Shown: in pieces, positions 9,188-18,954 of the stretch
How positions within the stretch are numbered: position 1 is the first letter of the stretch
Layout of the letters: every line of letters begins with the position of its first letter
DNA from: an uncultured Draconibacterium sp.
Lineage (GTDB): Bacteria; Bacteroidota; Bacteroidia; Bacteroidales; UBA12170
DNA: 39,573 nt
Assembly: GCA_964616585.1 (NCBI GenBank)
Contig: CAZTST010000001.1
Coordinates: forward strand, 1 to 39,573
Direction of reading: 5' to 3'
The notes under the pieces: generated by a model
The model's input: the letters and a program-made list of their open reading frames with translations, nothing else
What the model was told of the DNA's origin: nothing
The model's database searches: none
Made by a program: the position numbers and the translations under genes

Positions 9188-12100
9188 ATGAGTGCTTCAA
9201 AATTATATAAATTACTTGAACAGTGGGCTGATTCAAGAACTGTATCATCTGAACAAAAACAGGATTATGCACTGCAAATCCTCGATTTGGCAGAAAGTAT
9301 TTTTCTTAATTCAAAAAAGAAGAATGTCGATCAAACACTAGCATATCAATTTCTAAACTTAAGTGGAACAAGTTCTTTTTTAAAGTCTTTGCCTAAAACT
9401 GCCGATCATATTCGTTGGTCAGAAATTGCTTTTAAAGCTATTCAATTATCGAATTATTCTTTAAACGATATGTTTGAGCAGCGCGTTAAAGAAATTGGAA
9501 ATCAAGCGCTATTTGTAGATATGACCAGCGAAATGCCATTACAGTGGACATATAAACAAGTGAAATTGCATGTGCGTGAAATTGCCGCAGTCTTTTATCG
9601 CTTTGCTGCTGAAACTCCTCGTGTAGCTATTTTTTCGGAAAATAGCTTAGAGAGTGCAAGTTGCGATTTAGCCTGCTTGTTTTACGATATATTTGATACT
9701 CCTTTAAATGTTCATTTTAACAAAGAAACTTTATTAATTATTTTTGATCAACTCGAAATTAATATTGCCGTTGCAGATACTCCTGGCCGATTACAGATTT
9801 TAGAAGATGTCAGAAAATCAAGCAAAAAAACATTTATAATTTTTGTTCTCAATATCTCAGTAAACACCAATGAAAAAGATATTTTCTTTTTAGGCGAAGA
9901 ATGTAAAGTGGCTGATTTGAAGGAGATTGACCAAATACTAACTCAGAGATTTAGGAAGCCTATAAATCAGGTTGCTACAACTATGTTTACATCAGGAAGT
10001 ACCGGTTTGCCTAAAGGAGTGTCGTTTTCGAATTATAATCTAAACTCAAAAAGATTTGCAAGGGCTGCTGCTGTACCCGATATTGGTTCAAAAGAAATAA
10101 TGCTTTGCTTTCTACCTCTGTTTCATACATTTGGACGATTCCTGGAAATGCTTGGTTCAATTTATTGGTACGGAACTTATGTGTTTGCCGGAAATACTGC
10201 TGCAGAAACATTACTTTCTTTATTTCCAAAAGTAAATCCTTCTGTATTTATTAGTATTCCTTTGCGATGGGCTCAACTTTACGAAAAAACAATGGAGATC
10301 GTTAAAACTTCTGATAATTCAGTTGAAGTTCAGCAAAAATTACGATCGGTAGTTGGAAATAGATTAAGATGGGGTTTGTCAGCAGCGGGTTATCTCGACC
10401 CAAAGATTTTTCAATTTTTTCAAGATAATGGGATTTTTCTGTGTAGCGGATTTGGTATGACAGAAGCTACTGGAGGAATTACAATGACTCCACCAGGCAA
10501 ATATATTCAAGCCACAACAGGAATACCATTACCCGGTGTAAAAGCTAGATTTAGTTCTGAAGGTGAGATGGAAATAAGTGGTCATTATATTGCTCACTAT
10601 TTAGAGGATGCAGGACCTAATGATCTAATTCGCTTTCCGAAAGATGCTAAAAGCGATTTTTGGTTATCAACAGGTGATATTTTCAGAGAAACTTCTGAGG
10701 GATATTTTGAAATTATCGACAGATTAAAAGATATCTACAAAAATGATAAAGGGCAAACTATTGCTCCTAAAACTGTTGAAAAATTATTTGTTGATGTTCC
10801 CGGTATAAAACATACTTTCTTAGTTGGAGATGCAAGGCCATATAATGTTTTGCTAATTGTGCCTGATAATGACGATCCAGTTATAAAATCGGCCAGAACA
10901 GCAGAAAATAAAACCGAGTATTTTCATCAAATAATTGCTGCCGCGAATAAGGATTTAGCTCCTTATGAGCGTATTATTAATTTTGCCGTTCTCAAAAGAG
11001 AGTTCACACTCGAAAAAGGCGAACTAACTCCAAAAGATAGTTTTAATAGAAAAACGATAGAAGCGAATTTTGCTGAAACTATTAGTAGCTTATACCTAAG
11101 CAATATCATTTATTTGAAACTAAAAGGATTGCAAATTCAGATTTCACGTTGGTTTTTTCGCGATCTAGGTATTTTGGAAAGCGACATTAAGGCTAATTCC
11201 AGAGGGTTATTTAACACGCAAAATAAACAAGAACTTCGACTTAAGAAATTAGATAAAAAAAATAAGGTTTTAATTGGCGACCTGATCTACAAAATAGAAG
11301 GCAATGTGGTGGATTTAGGTTTATTCACCCGTCAGCCCCGATTATGGATAGCCAATCCAGCTATAATTCAGTTTTGCCCTGTTAAAGAAGGTTGGGATCT
11401 TCCATTAAAAAATGTAAGTGCTCAAGTAGAACGTCCCTTTGCTATGACTAAGGAATATGGCTTTGCTAGTCTGCCACCATTGTTTCAGTTGCGCGATCAA
11501 CGCTTAACTTTTGTCAACAATTTATTAAGTTGTGCCTTATTTGGAGAAAATAGACATGCTTTGGATAATACCAATCAAATCAAGGAAGTATTTAGTCAAT
11601 ACGATGAAAAAGTTACTGAAGTTATCCGCCGAAGATTGGAAGCATTGGCTTGCCACCCCGAAGAAGAAGTGCGAGCTTTGGCTTATCGCATCTTGCTATT
11701 GGACGACCCTAATCCTGATTATTCAAAACTATTTCCTGCCTTTATCCAATCTGGATTAACCTTTTTAAACGAGAAGTCTATTCGTGAAATCGCTTCGGAG
11801 GATATGGGCAAGCAACATTTGGAAAGTTTGCGACAACGATTATATAATTATAGGGTTCAGCTCGAATGGCCAGCCGATAAATCAACACGCAAACAATTTG
11901 AGAATGTATTGAAATTACTCTTTAATTTTGCTAATAATCATTTAGAGTATTATAGCTCGGTTAGAGCTGAATTTGCCAGTTGGATATTGCATAAGAGCGA
12001 CCCTTATTTGGCTAAAGTAGCTTATGATTATTTTAAAATGCTTTATCAGAATTTTGAAAAAACTTTGCGAAAACAATCCGTTCTTTTTTCACATGAAGAA

Positions 12101-13807
12101 TGGGAAAAAAAGCTGGTTTTTGAAGAAGGAATTACTCCAGAGCTGCACGAAAATATATTGAATATTTTCTCCAATTCGTCCTTTATTCGTCAATCTGTAA
12201 TGCTTGCTTACGAAGAAAATGACTTTGATGTGGATCAAATTCCGGACAAAGGAATGTGGGTTTCACGTTTAAAATCTTTTGGAAATTTTAGACACTTTAG
12301 ATTGAGTATCAATACTGTACACGGAAAGCATTTCGATTTACATTTTATGATAAACAAAAATATTCGTTTGTTAACTGGTGCTAAAACAGTGCATTGGCTT
12401 TCGGCTATTTCCGGTTATCCATTTGCTACTTTAAGTATGCCGGCTCTTGGTTGCTATCGACCAAAAGATGGAGCACTTACCAGCAAATTTGTTGGCGAAC
12501 TTAGTATTTGGGATAAAGTTCGTGAGTTTGCCGGAATTCATCATTCTTTAGGTTATTTAAACATTAATAACCCTTGGCGCAAAATGTTTATAAAAGGCTT
12601 AGCCGTTTTTTATACAGCGTGGAAACAAAGTGGATATCAAATTGTTCCCGGTACTATTACACCAAATAATGTGGTTGTACCTGAATTGGATTATCTTGAA
12701 TCGGCAACCATTATTTCAGTAGCAGGATTAAAAGATTATGAGAATACACTTTCGATTATAAAGCCAATGCTTGAGAATTTCTTCTTCCGTTTGGAAGCCC
12801 ATTATCCTTGGGTGACTAAGCAACTAAAAGTAAGATGGATGTTTGATGCATGTATTGAGGGGCTTGGATACAAAAGAGCATTTGAATTTTTTGAAGAATT
12901 GCATGAAGATTTAAGAAAAGAACCGCTTTTTACACCTGATCATAAACCCTTAAGCAGTATTTTAGACGAATACCTCTTAGAAAGAAAATCGAAGTATTAT
13001 TTGCCATTGGCCTATCATAATGCTAAAGATCAATATAGAGAATGGGAGCGAATTAACCCGGCAGCTACTGCTATTGCAAAAGAGCAGACTATTTTTGAAC
13101 TTTCCGGTTTGTACCGCATTTATCGATTTGCAGAAATTGTACGCTATCAGCTGTATAGAAAAACATATTTTAACAATGCTAATGATGAAATTAACGAAGC
13201 TTTCGACATTCTATTAGCACGTATGGATAAAGACAGCACACTTTCTGCAACCCATCTTTTGGAATTATCTGATTTGCAAGCCGTTTTAACAGAGCCGGAC
13301 GATAAAGGTGTTTTTAGCCGAATGGTATTTTCCAGATTGCAAAGGCAGCAAAAGTTAGATATAGTTAAACTAAGCGAAAGCAAGAAAGAGCAAGTTGTTG
13401 TTAATTCCTATATCAAAGATAGATTTGATTCGGAATATGTTTTTAGAGAACCCTTAGAACCAAGTGAGATAGGTAAACTTTACCGCTTGTTTTTTGAAGA
13501 GAATTATCCAAAATCCATTTCTAAAATGGATAAACATATGGTGGTAATTGATAAACAGGGTAGAGTAGTAGGCGGACTTTGTTATATTGTATTGGAAAAC
13601 AATGTGGTTTTGCTTGATGGCAGTGCTATAACAGCATCTTTAAAAGGAAAAGGTATTGGAACAGCAATGATAGATACTTTTTGCGATATCATGGCTAGTG
13701 AAGGTGTGAAAATTGTTAAAGCACATTTTCTCCTAGGTAATTTCTACTTAAAACTTGATTTTAAAGTGGATAAGAAATGGGGAGCTTTGGTTAAGTTTTT
13801 GAATTAA
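9188..13807 (+). CDS. Large multidomain protein: AMP-forming acyl-CoA synthetase-like domain, helical region, kinase-like domain, C-terminal GNAT
   Basis: ANL motifs FTSGSTGLPKG, LPLFHTFG, GFGMTE, STGD, IIDRLKD; GNAT motif A KGKGIG and NFYLKLDF. ATG 9188 is preferred over TTG 9152. Confidence 0.85.
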   Translation: MSASKLYKLLEQWADSRTVSSEQKQDYALQILDLAESIFLNSKKKNVDQTLAYQFLNLSGTSSFLKSLPKTADHIRWSEIAFKAIQLSNYSLNDMFEQRVKEIGNQALFVDMTSEMPLQWTYKQVKLHVREIAAVFYRFAAETPRVAIFSENSLESASCDLACLFYDIFDTPLNVHFNKETLLIIFDQLEINIAVADTPGRLQILEDVRKSSKKTFIIFVLNISVNTNEKDIFFLGEECKVADLKEIDQILTQRFRKPINQVATTMFTSGSTGLPKGVSFSNYNLNSKRFARAAAVPDIGSKEIMLCFLPLFHTFGRFLEMLGSIYWYGTYVFAGNTAAETLLSLFPKVNPSVFISIPLRWAQLYEKTMEIVKTSDNSVEVQQKLRSVVGNRLRWGLSAAGYLDPKIFQFFQDNGIFLCSGFGMTEATGGITMTPPGKYIQATTGIPLPGVKARFSSEGEMEISGHYIAHYLEDAGPNDLIRFPKDAKSDFWLSTGDIFRETSEGYFEIIDRLKDIYKNDKGQTIAPKTVEKLFVDVPGIKHTFLVGDARPYNVLLIVPDNDDPVIKSARTAENKTEYFHQIIAAANKDLAPYERIINFAVLKREFTLEKGELTPKDSFNRKTIEANFAETISSLYLSNIIYLKLKGLQIQISRWFFRDLGILESDIKANSRGLFNTQNKQELRLKKLDKKNKVLIGDLIYKIEGNVVDLGLFTRQPRLWIANPAIIQFCPVKEGWDLPLKNVSAQVERPFAMTKEYGFASLPPLFQLRDQRLTFVNNLLSCALFGENRHALDNTNQIKEVFSQYDEKVTEVIRRRLEALACHPEEEVRALAYRILLLDDPNPDYSKLFPAFIQSGLTFLNEKSIREIASEDMGKQHLESLRQRLYNYRVQLEWPADKSTRKQFENVLKLLFNFANNHLEYYSSVRAEFASWILHKSDPYLAKVAYDYFKMLYQNFEKTLRKQSVLFSHEEWEKKLVFEEGITPELHENILNIFSNSSFIRQSVMLAYEENDFDVDQIPDKGMWVSRLKSFGNFRHFRLSINTVHGKHFDLHFMINKNIRLLTGAKTVHWLSAISGYPFATLSMPALGCYRPKDGALTSKFVGELSIWDKVREFAGIHHSLGYLNINNPWRKMFIKGLAVFYTAWKQSGYQIVPGTITPNNVVVPELDYLESATIISVAGLKDYENTLSIIKPMLENFFFRLEAHYPWVTKQLKVRWMFDACIEGLGYKRAFEFFEELHEDLRKEPLFTPDHKPLSSILDEYLLERKSKYYLPLAYHNAKDQYREWERINPAATAIAKEQTIFELSGLYRIYRFAEIVRYQLYRKTYFNNANDEINEAFDILLARMDKDSTLSATHLLELSDLQAVLTEPDDKGVFSRMVFSRLQRQQKLDIVKLSESKKEQVVVNSYIKDRFDSEYVFREPLEPSEIGKLYRLFFEENYPKSISKMDKHMVVIDKQGRVVGGLCYIVLENNVVLLDGSAITASLKGKGIGTAMIDTFCDIMASEGVKIVKAHFLLGNFYLKLDFKVDKKWGALVKFLN

Positions 13808-13840
13808 TATCTACTTTTACTAATCTTTTTTTTAAATATC

Positions 13841-14013
13841 TTAGTGTTCTGGCGAGAAAATATATCACGCAAAGCCGCTAAGACGCATAGGTTGAGTATT
13901 AATAGATACTAATTTCTTCCATCTAATATATTTTAGCGTCCTAGCGTTTTAACGAGAAAATATATCACGCAAAGTAGCTAAGACGCAGAGGTTGAATATT
14001 AAACAACACTAAT
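13841..14013. repeat. Two ~73-bp REP-like imperfect repeats with 100-bp period between convergent genes
   Basis: CGAGAAAATATATCACGCAAAG..GCTAAGACGCA.AGGTTGA.TATTAA starts at 13853 and 13953. Each copy has partial internal dyad symmetry (GCGTCCTAGC/GCTAAGACGC). Confidence 0.8.
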
Positions 14014-14032
14014 AAAAATCAATAGTCTCTTT

Positions 14033-17000
14033 CTAATAGCACTCAATTTGAACATTAAATGTACTATCAATTTTATTGTTTAATTCTTCCAAACCATATT
14101 CTTTAGTCGATTGTCCCAAGCGTTGCAAAACACCTAATGCAGTTTGGTGGTCGTTACGAAGCAAATCTTTGAAAACAGGTCTTTGGGAGTTAATATATTC
14201 TAAATCAGAAGTATAATAATTGTACAATGCATCCACAACAACGGTTGCTTTATCCATAGCTCCGGCACGCATATAACTTTCAGCATAAGGCAACATATAC
14301 ATATCCCAATGAATTTTATGGTTTGGGAAATAATGTACATAGGTATCTAATGCTTGAATAGCCTTTTTTCTATTATCTTCAATTTGTAGAGCATTTAAAG
14401 AAGCATTTTCTAAGCTAAGGAAATCTGCTCTATCTAAGAATGCTTCGGCAACCCTTAATAAATTATTTTTTGGAATGAAGGCATTACGATAGCTTTCGCG
14501 ATCGACACTTATATCATCTTTTTCAAGATTACCATACTTTGCTTTATTTACCAGCAAATCGAAAGATTTATTAGGATCGATACCGCCCATATTATTAATA
14601 TAACCTTCTGCTTTATAGGGTCTTAATCGATATACAAATCCTTCAAGGTGCATATATTCATCTAATCCAAGAACCTTTTTAACACTTGAGGGATTAGCGA
14701 AATAAATTGGTCGTTCCCAATTGTTGGATGAAAGAAAGTCGAGAAGCATTAAATCGTTTTTATATAAAGCGTTTCCGCTGATTTTCCAAGTCAGACTATC
14801 AGGTACTTCATTAATTTTATCTGTTGGCACTGTTCCGCTACTCAGTAATTTTGATTTATCCAGAGTAAGCTTAACTTTATGAGTTGGCATATAGTTTAGG
14901 TCTGAGCCTCCAACGGTTTGTATTTTAGATGAAGGATGATCGCTTTTAATAAATCCAATAACTTCTTCTAATTCGTGTGTACCTTCAATTCTATCTGTAA
15001 TCGGAACATAATCATTTACTCCATTATTATATTTTGCAGGTGGAATACTCAATGGAACTTTTTCTGAATCGTATAATTTTCTGCTCATTTGATGTACATA
15101 CCACGATCCTGATGATAGCATATAGTTTACAACTCGTACATCTGTACGATAATCTTCTACTTCCTGAATATACCAAAGCGGGAAAGTATCGTTATCGCCA
15201 TTAACAAATAGAACAGCATTAGGTTCACAAGACGTTAAATAGTTGTATGCAAAATCATGAGCAGTAGTTCTACCAGAACGATTATGGTCGTCCCATCCTT
15301 CGCTGGCCATTAGTCCCGGAACCAGAATCAGTGTAATAATTCCAACTATAATGCTAGAGAATTTTAATCCTAACTTATTCTTTATCAGATTTATAAGTGG
15401 TAAAATACCAAGCCCAATCCAAATTGCAAAAGCATAGAAAGAACCGGCATAAGCATAATCGCGTTCGCGAGGTTGATATGGTGTAAAGTTGAGGTAAACG
15501 ATAATCGCAATACCTGTCATTACAAAAATAAGTAGCACTACCCAAAAATCTTTGTTGTTTTTGTTTAGTTGATAAATTAATCCTATAAGACCAAGTAAAA
15601 ATGGTAAGAAATAAAACTTATTATTGGCATTGTTTTGACTTCTGAAAGGTAGATGATCTTGATTGCCCAAACGTAAAGAATCGATAAAATTGATACCACT
15701 AATCCAGTTACCATCTCGCTTATTTGGTTGAGTCTCAACATCGTTTTGCCGTCCAACGAAATTCCACATAAAATAACGGAAATACATATGACCTAGCTGA
15801 TAATTAAAAAAGAAGCTAAAATTATCGGCAAAAGATGGTCTGTAAACAACTTTTTCGTTTCCTTCTCTATCTGTTATTCTTACCGGAATACCTCGCGAAG
15901 TTTGATAATTTTCATACATATCGATATGTTCAGGCTTTTGATTACTCCACATTCGAGGAAATATTCCTGATAATTTAGGATTATAAATTGGTTCTGAATC
16001 TTTTCCGGAATCTGTAACAATATATTTGCCTGAAGCTTTATCCTGAACATAAGTTGGCGCTTTATCGTTCCATGAAGTTATATCGGCATTATAATATTGA
16101 CCATAAAGCAATGGCCAAGTACCATATTGTTCACGCAATAAATAAGAAAGCATGCTAATTGCATCTTTTGGATCGTTTTCGTTGATAGGTGGATTGGCAT
16201 TCGCTCTAATAACCAACATTAAGAAAGATGAGTAACCTATAAGAATAAAAGTTATGCTTAAAATTGCAATATGTGCCACTAAATGTTTTTTCTTATGTGT
16301 AAAACGAATTGCCCAAACTATTGCTGCAATAAGAACTATGAAAAACAATATACTTCCTGAATTAAAAGGAAGTCCTATAAAGTTTATAAAAAAGAGCTCA
16401 AAAGCGCCGGCCAATTTCACGGTAATTGGAATAATAAAGTACATAATGAACGACAGCACAAATAGAGATATTAAACCTGCCAAAACAAAGCCTTTCCATT
16501 CGGTTTTTTTGAATTTTTTGAAATAAACTACATAAGTTATTGCTGGAATTGCCAATAAGTTAAGTAAATGAACTCCAATAGATAAACCCATCAAAAATGC
16601 AATAAGAATAAGCCAGCGATATGAATAATTACTGTCAGCTACTTCTTCCCATTTTAAAATGGCCCAAAAAACAACTGCTGTAAAAAGACTCGACATTGCA
16701 TATACTTCACCTTCAACAGCAGAAAACCAAAATGAATCTGAAAAAGTATAAGCTAAAGCACCAACAATTCCGCTTGCCATAATTGGAAAAAGTGATTTAT
16801 TGCTATCAGGATTATCAACTAATTTTCTAGCCAATCGTGTTATCGTCCAAAACAAAAATAAAATGGTAAAGCTGCTCGAAAAAGCAGACATGATGTTAAC
16901 CATCATTGCCACATTATTTAAATTTCCAAAGGCGAAAAGAGTAAAAAAGCGACCCATCAACTGAAATAGTGGAGCTCCCGGAGGATGTCCAACCTGCAAT

Positions 17001-17128
17001 TTAAACGAAGTTGCAACATACTCTCCAACATCCCACCATCCGGCGGTTGGCTCAACAGTTAAGAGATAAACCAATGTTGCCATTGCAAAAATTATCCACC
17101 CGGTAATATTATTTACTTTTTTAAACAT
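14033..17128 (-). CDS. DUF2723 / TMEM260-like polytopic membrane glycosyltransferase (GT-C fold)
   Basis: WDVGEY...VGHPPGAPLF, FWFSAVEGEVYA, GVHLLNLL, QPRERDY, NGDNDTFPLWY; many hydrophobic segments. Confidence 0.88.
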   Translation of the reverse strand: MFKKVNNITGWIIFAMATLVYLLTVEPTAGWWDVGEYVATSFKLQVGHPPGAPLFQLMGRFFTLFAFGNLNNVAMMVNIMSAFSSSFTILFLFWTITRLARKLVDNPDSNKSLFPIMASGIVGALAYTFSDSFWFSAVEGEVYAMSSLFTAVVFWAILKWEEVADSNYSYRWLILIAFLMGLSIGVHLLNLLAIPAITYVVYFKKFKKTEWKGFVLAGLISLFVLSFIMYFIIPITVKLAGAFELFFINFIGLPFNSGSILFFIVLIAAIVWAIRFTHKKKHLVAHIAILSITFILIGYSSFLMLVIRANANPPINENDPKDAISMLSYLLREQYGTWPLLYGQYYNADITSWNDKAPTYVQDKASGKYIVTDSGKDSEPIYNPKLSGIFPRMWSNQKPEHIDMYENYQTSRGIPVRITDREGNEKVVYRPSFADNFSFFFNYQLGHMYFRYFMWNFVGRQNDVETQPNKRDGNWISGINFIDSLRLGNQDHLPFRSQNNANNKFYFLPFLLGLIGLIYQLNKNNKDFWVVLLIFVMTGIAIIVYLNFTPYQPRERDYAYAGSFYAFAIWIGLGILPLINLIKNKLGLKFSSIIVGIITLILVPGLMASEGWDDHNRSGRTTAHDFAYNYLTSCEPNAVLFVNGDNDTFPLWYIQEVEDYRTDVRVVNYMLSSGSWYVHQMSRKLYDSEKVPLSIPPAKYNNGVNDYVPITDRIEGTHELEEVIGFIKSDHPSSKIQTVGGSDLNYMPTHKVKLTLDKSKLLSSGTVPTDKINEVPDSLTWKISGNALYKNDLMLLDFLSSNNWERPIYFANPSSVKKVLGLDEYMHLEGFVYRLRPYKAEGYINNMGGIDPNKSFDLLVNKAKYGNLEKDDISVDRESYRNAFIPKNNLLRVAEAFLDRADFLSLENASLNALQIEDNRKKAIQALDTYVHYFPNHKIHWDMYMLPYAESYMRAGAMDKATVVVDALYNYYTSDLEYINSQRPVFKDLLRNDHQTALGVLQRLGQSTKEYGLEELNNKIDSTFNVQIECY

Positions 17129-17146
17129 AGTATATGCTTTAGATTT

Positions 17147-17932
17147 TTATCCTTTTTTCTTTTCAGCAACGACAAAAAAGTCGAAACAAACATCCGTTGA
17201 ATCGCTTAAATAAAAGTCGTTTAGTTGTATATGATTAACAGTGTCGGCATTTGTTTTGTGTAATTTACTTCTATTCAATCGGTTAAGAATATCATAAGGT
17301 ATTTGCAAAATTTGCCGTGGCAATTTGTATTGTAAATTGAAGATATCGAATCGAGTTATCAGTGCTACACTTTCTTTGTTTGCCTTATAATATTTCATTA
17401 CTTTATCGTGTCCAAAAACACCCTTAATATCAACATTATCAAATACATTTGATATAAGATTTTGTAATTCTTCTGAAAGATATTCACGTATATGCCATGG
17501 ATTTCGCGTGATAGACATTTTGCGATTAGGCGTTGTCAAAATTAATTTTCCGTTTGGCTTAAGAACACGATAGATTTCGCGAATAAAGAAATCATCATCT
17601 TCAATATGTTCAATAACCTGAAAACTAACTACATAATTGAAAGAATTATCAGCGATATTATCTAAAGGCGGTACTTTCATTTGATGAAAATGCACCTTCT
17701 TTTTTTCGGAATCAGATAAATCGAAACGGGAAGGAAACTTATCAATAGCATCGTATCTATCAGACTTTGATGATAGATATTCAATTCCATAGCCTTCGCC
17801 CGAACCTATTTCTAAAATACGACCCGACACAAGTTTTGCGGCCTCAGAATATGCAATCATGTGACGCTGATGCATTACATTATCGGATGGCAGTTTGGAA
17901 GAATGGCGTTCAGCAGTTTGAATTATACTCAT
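17147..17932 (-). CDS. Class I SAM-dependent methyltransferase
   Basis: ILEIGSGEGYG, VVSFQVIEHI, RVLKPNGKLILTTPN, NPWHIREY. ATG at 17932, with a TAAATTTG -7 element at 17965-17958. Confidence 0.9.
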   Translation of the reverse strand: MSIIQTAERHSSKLPSDNVMHQRHMIAYSEAAKLVSGRILEIGSGEGYGIEYLSSKSDRYDAIDKFPSRFDLSDSEKKKVHFHQMKVPPLDNIADNSFNYVVSFQVIEHIEDDDFFIREIYRVLKPNGKLILTTPNRKMSITRNPWHIREYLSEELQNLISNVFDNVDIKGVFGHDKVMKYYKANKESVALITRFDIFNLQYKLPRQILQIPYDILNRLNRSKLHKTNADTVNHIQLNDFYLSDSTDVCFDFFVVAEKKKG

Positions 17933-18036
17933 CAATAGGGTTTAGCTTCAATTCCGACAAATTTAAGAAATTTTAGTGGGTTTTTTAGAGCAATATTTTT
18001 TGTGTAACAATTTTTAATATTCTTTAATAAATTAAC

Positions 18037-18804
18037 TTATAATTTCAATTTAAAAAATTGCTTTTCAAGTTCATATAAAATATTGGTCGATTGTTCTCCT
18101 ATATCAAACCTTGCTTTGGCATTTTTTGAATTTAATTTATCCAGAGCTTTCATTTCAGTTTTACTTATCGGGCGAATATCTACCATTGAAGGCAGGTTGA
18201 AAAACACGACCATTGTTGCTTCACCTCCTAAAAGTTTGTTCAACTCTATGGTATCGCCTTTTAGATTTTGAACAGGGAAGTTCTCAATTTTATTTCCTAC
18301 AATTGATTGAGGTTTTTCCGGACTAAAAGGTTTTTTTGCTTTCTTGGCAGACTTTCCTTTTTTAACAATTTTGACTAAATTATCTAATACTATCTCTTTA
18401 TTATCACATTTGCGAAGCTCCATATCATTCTTATCATCTAACTTAAAGCCAAATGTATAGCAGATTCCTTTTTTGTCGAAAAGCAGGAACATATTCCGAG
18501 GATCTTTTTTATTGGCAACTGCCGTAATGTATTCCGGCTTGCCGCTATAAGTAACATCTTTAAGTTTATAATTAAGATCTATTGTGACAGTTGTATCAGA
18601 ACCAACAATATCTTCTGAGCCATAGTCAACTTTTAGTGTAGGTGTGTAATAGAAATCTAAATCAGGAAATTGACTTTCATCAAAATAGGGGTTTTTCTCG
18701 CCTAAACCAATGACAATAATTTTAGGTGCGATTTTATGTAATTTTTGAGCAAAAGCAAAGCCTGTAATCGTTATGGCTAGAGTGAGTAATATATATTTTT
18801 TCAT
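18037..18804 (-). CDS. Exported hypothetical protein with thioredoxin/peroxiredoxin-like segments and no CxxC
   Basis: Signal peptide MKKYILLTLAITITGFAFA; segments FLLFDKKG and VGNKIENFPVQNLKGDTIELNKLLG...VVFF. Confidence 0.6.
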   Translation of the reverse strand: MKKYILLTLAITITGFAFAQKLHKIAPKIIVIGLGEKNPYFDESQFPDLDFYYTPTLKVDYGSEDIVGSDTTVTIDLNYKLKDVTYSGKPEYITAVANKKDPRNMFLLFDKKGICYTFGFKLDDKNDMELRKCDNKEIVLDNLVKIVKKGKSAKKAKKPFSPEKPQSIVGNKIENFPVQNLKGDTIELNKLLGGEATMVVFFNLPSMVDIRPISKTEMKALDKLNSKNAKARFDIGEQSTNILYELEKQFFKLKL

Positions 18805-18954
18805 TTAGGATATTTTTTTGTCAGCTAATTTACTACTTTTCATTTTAAACGCATAAGAGAATACAAATATTATATCATCTCGCTGATTCACTATAACACC
18901 AAAACACCAAAATGATTAACGCACAAAAAAAATAGCAATAAATTTAGATAGTTT

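Noticed and set aside
13841-14013. Possible mini-CRISPR
   Set aside because: Only two long, diverged copies with REP-like structure.
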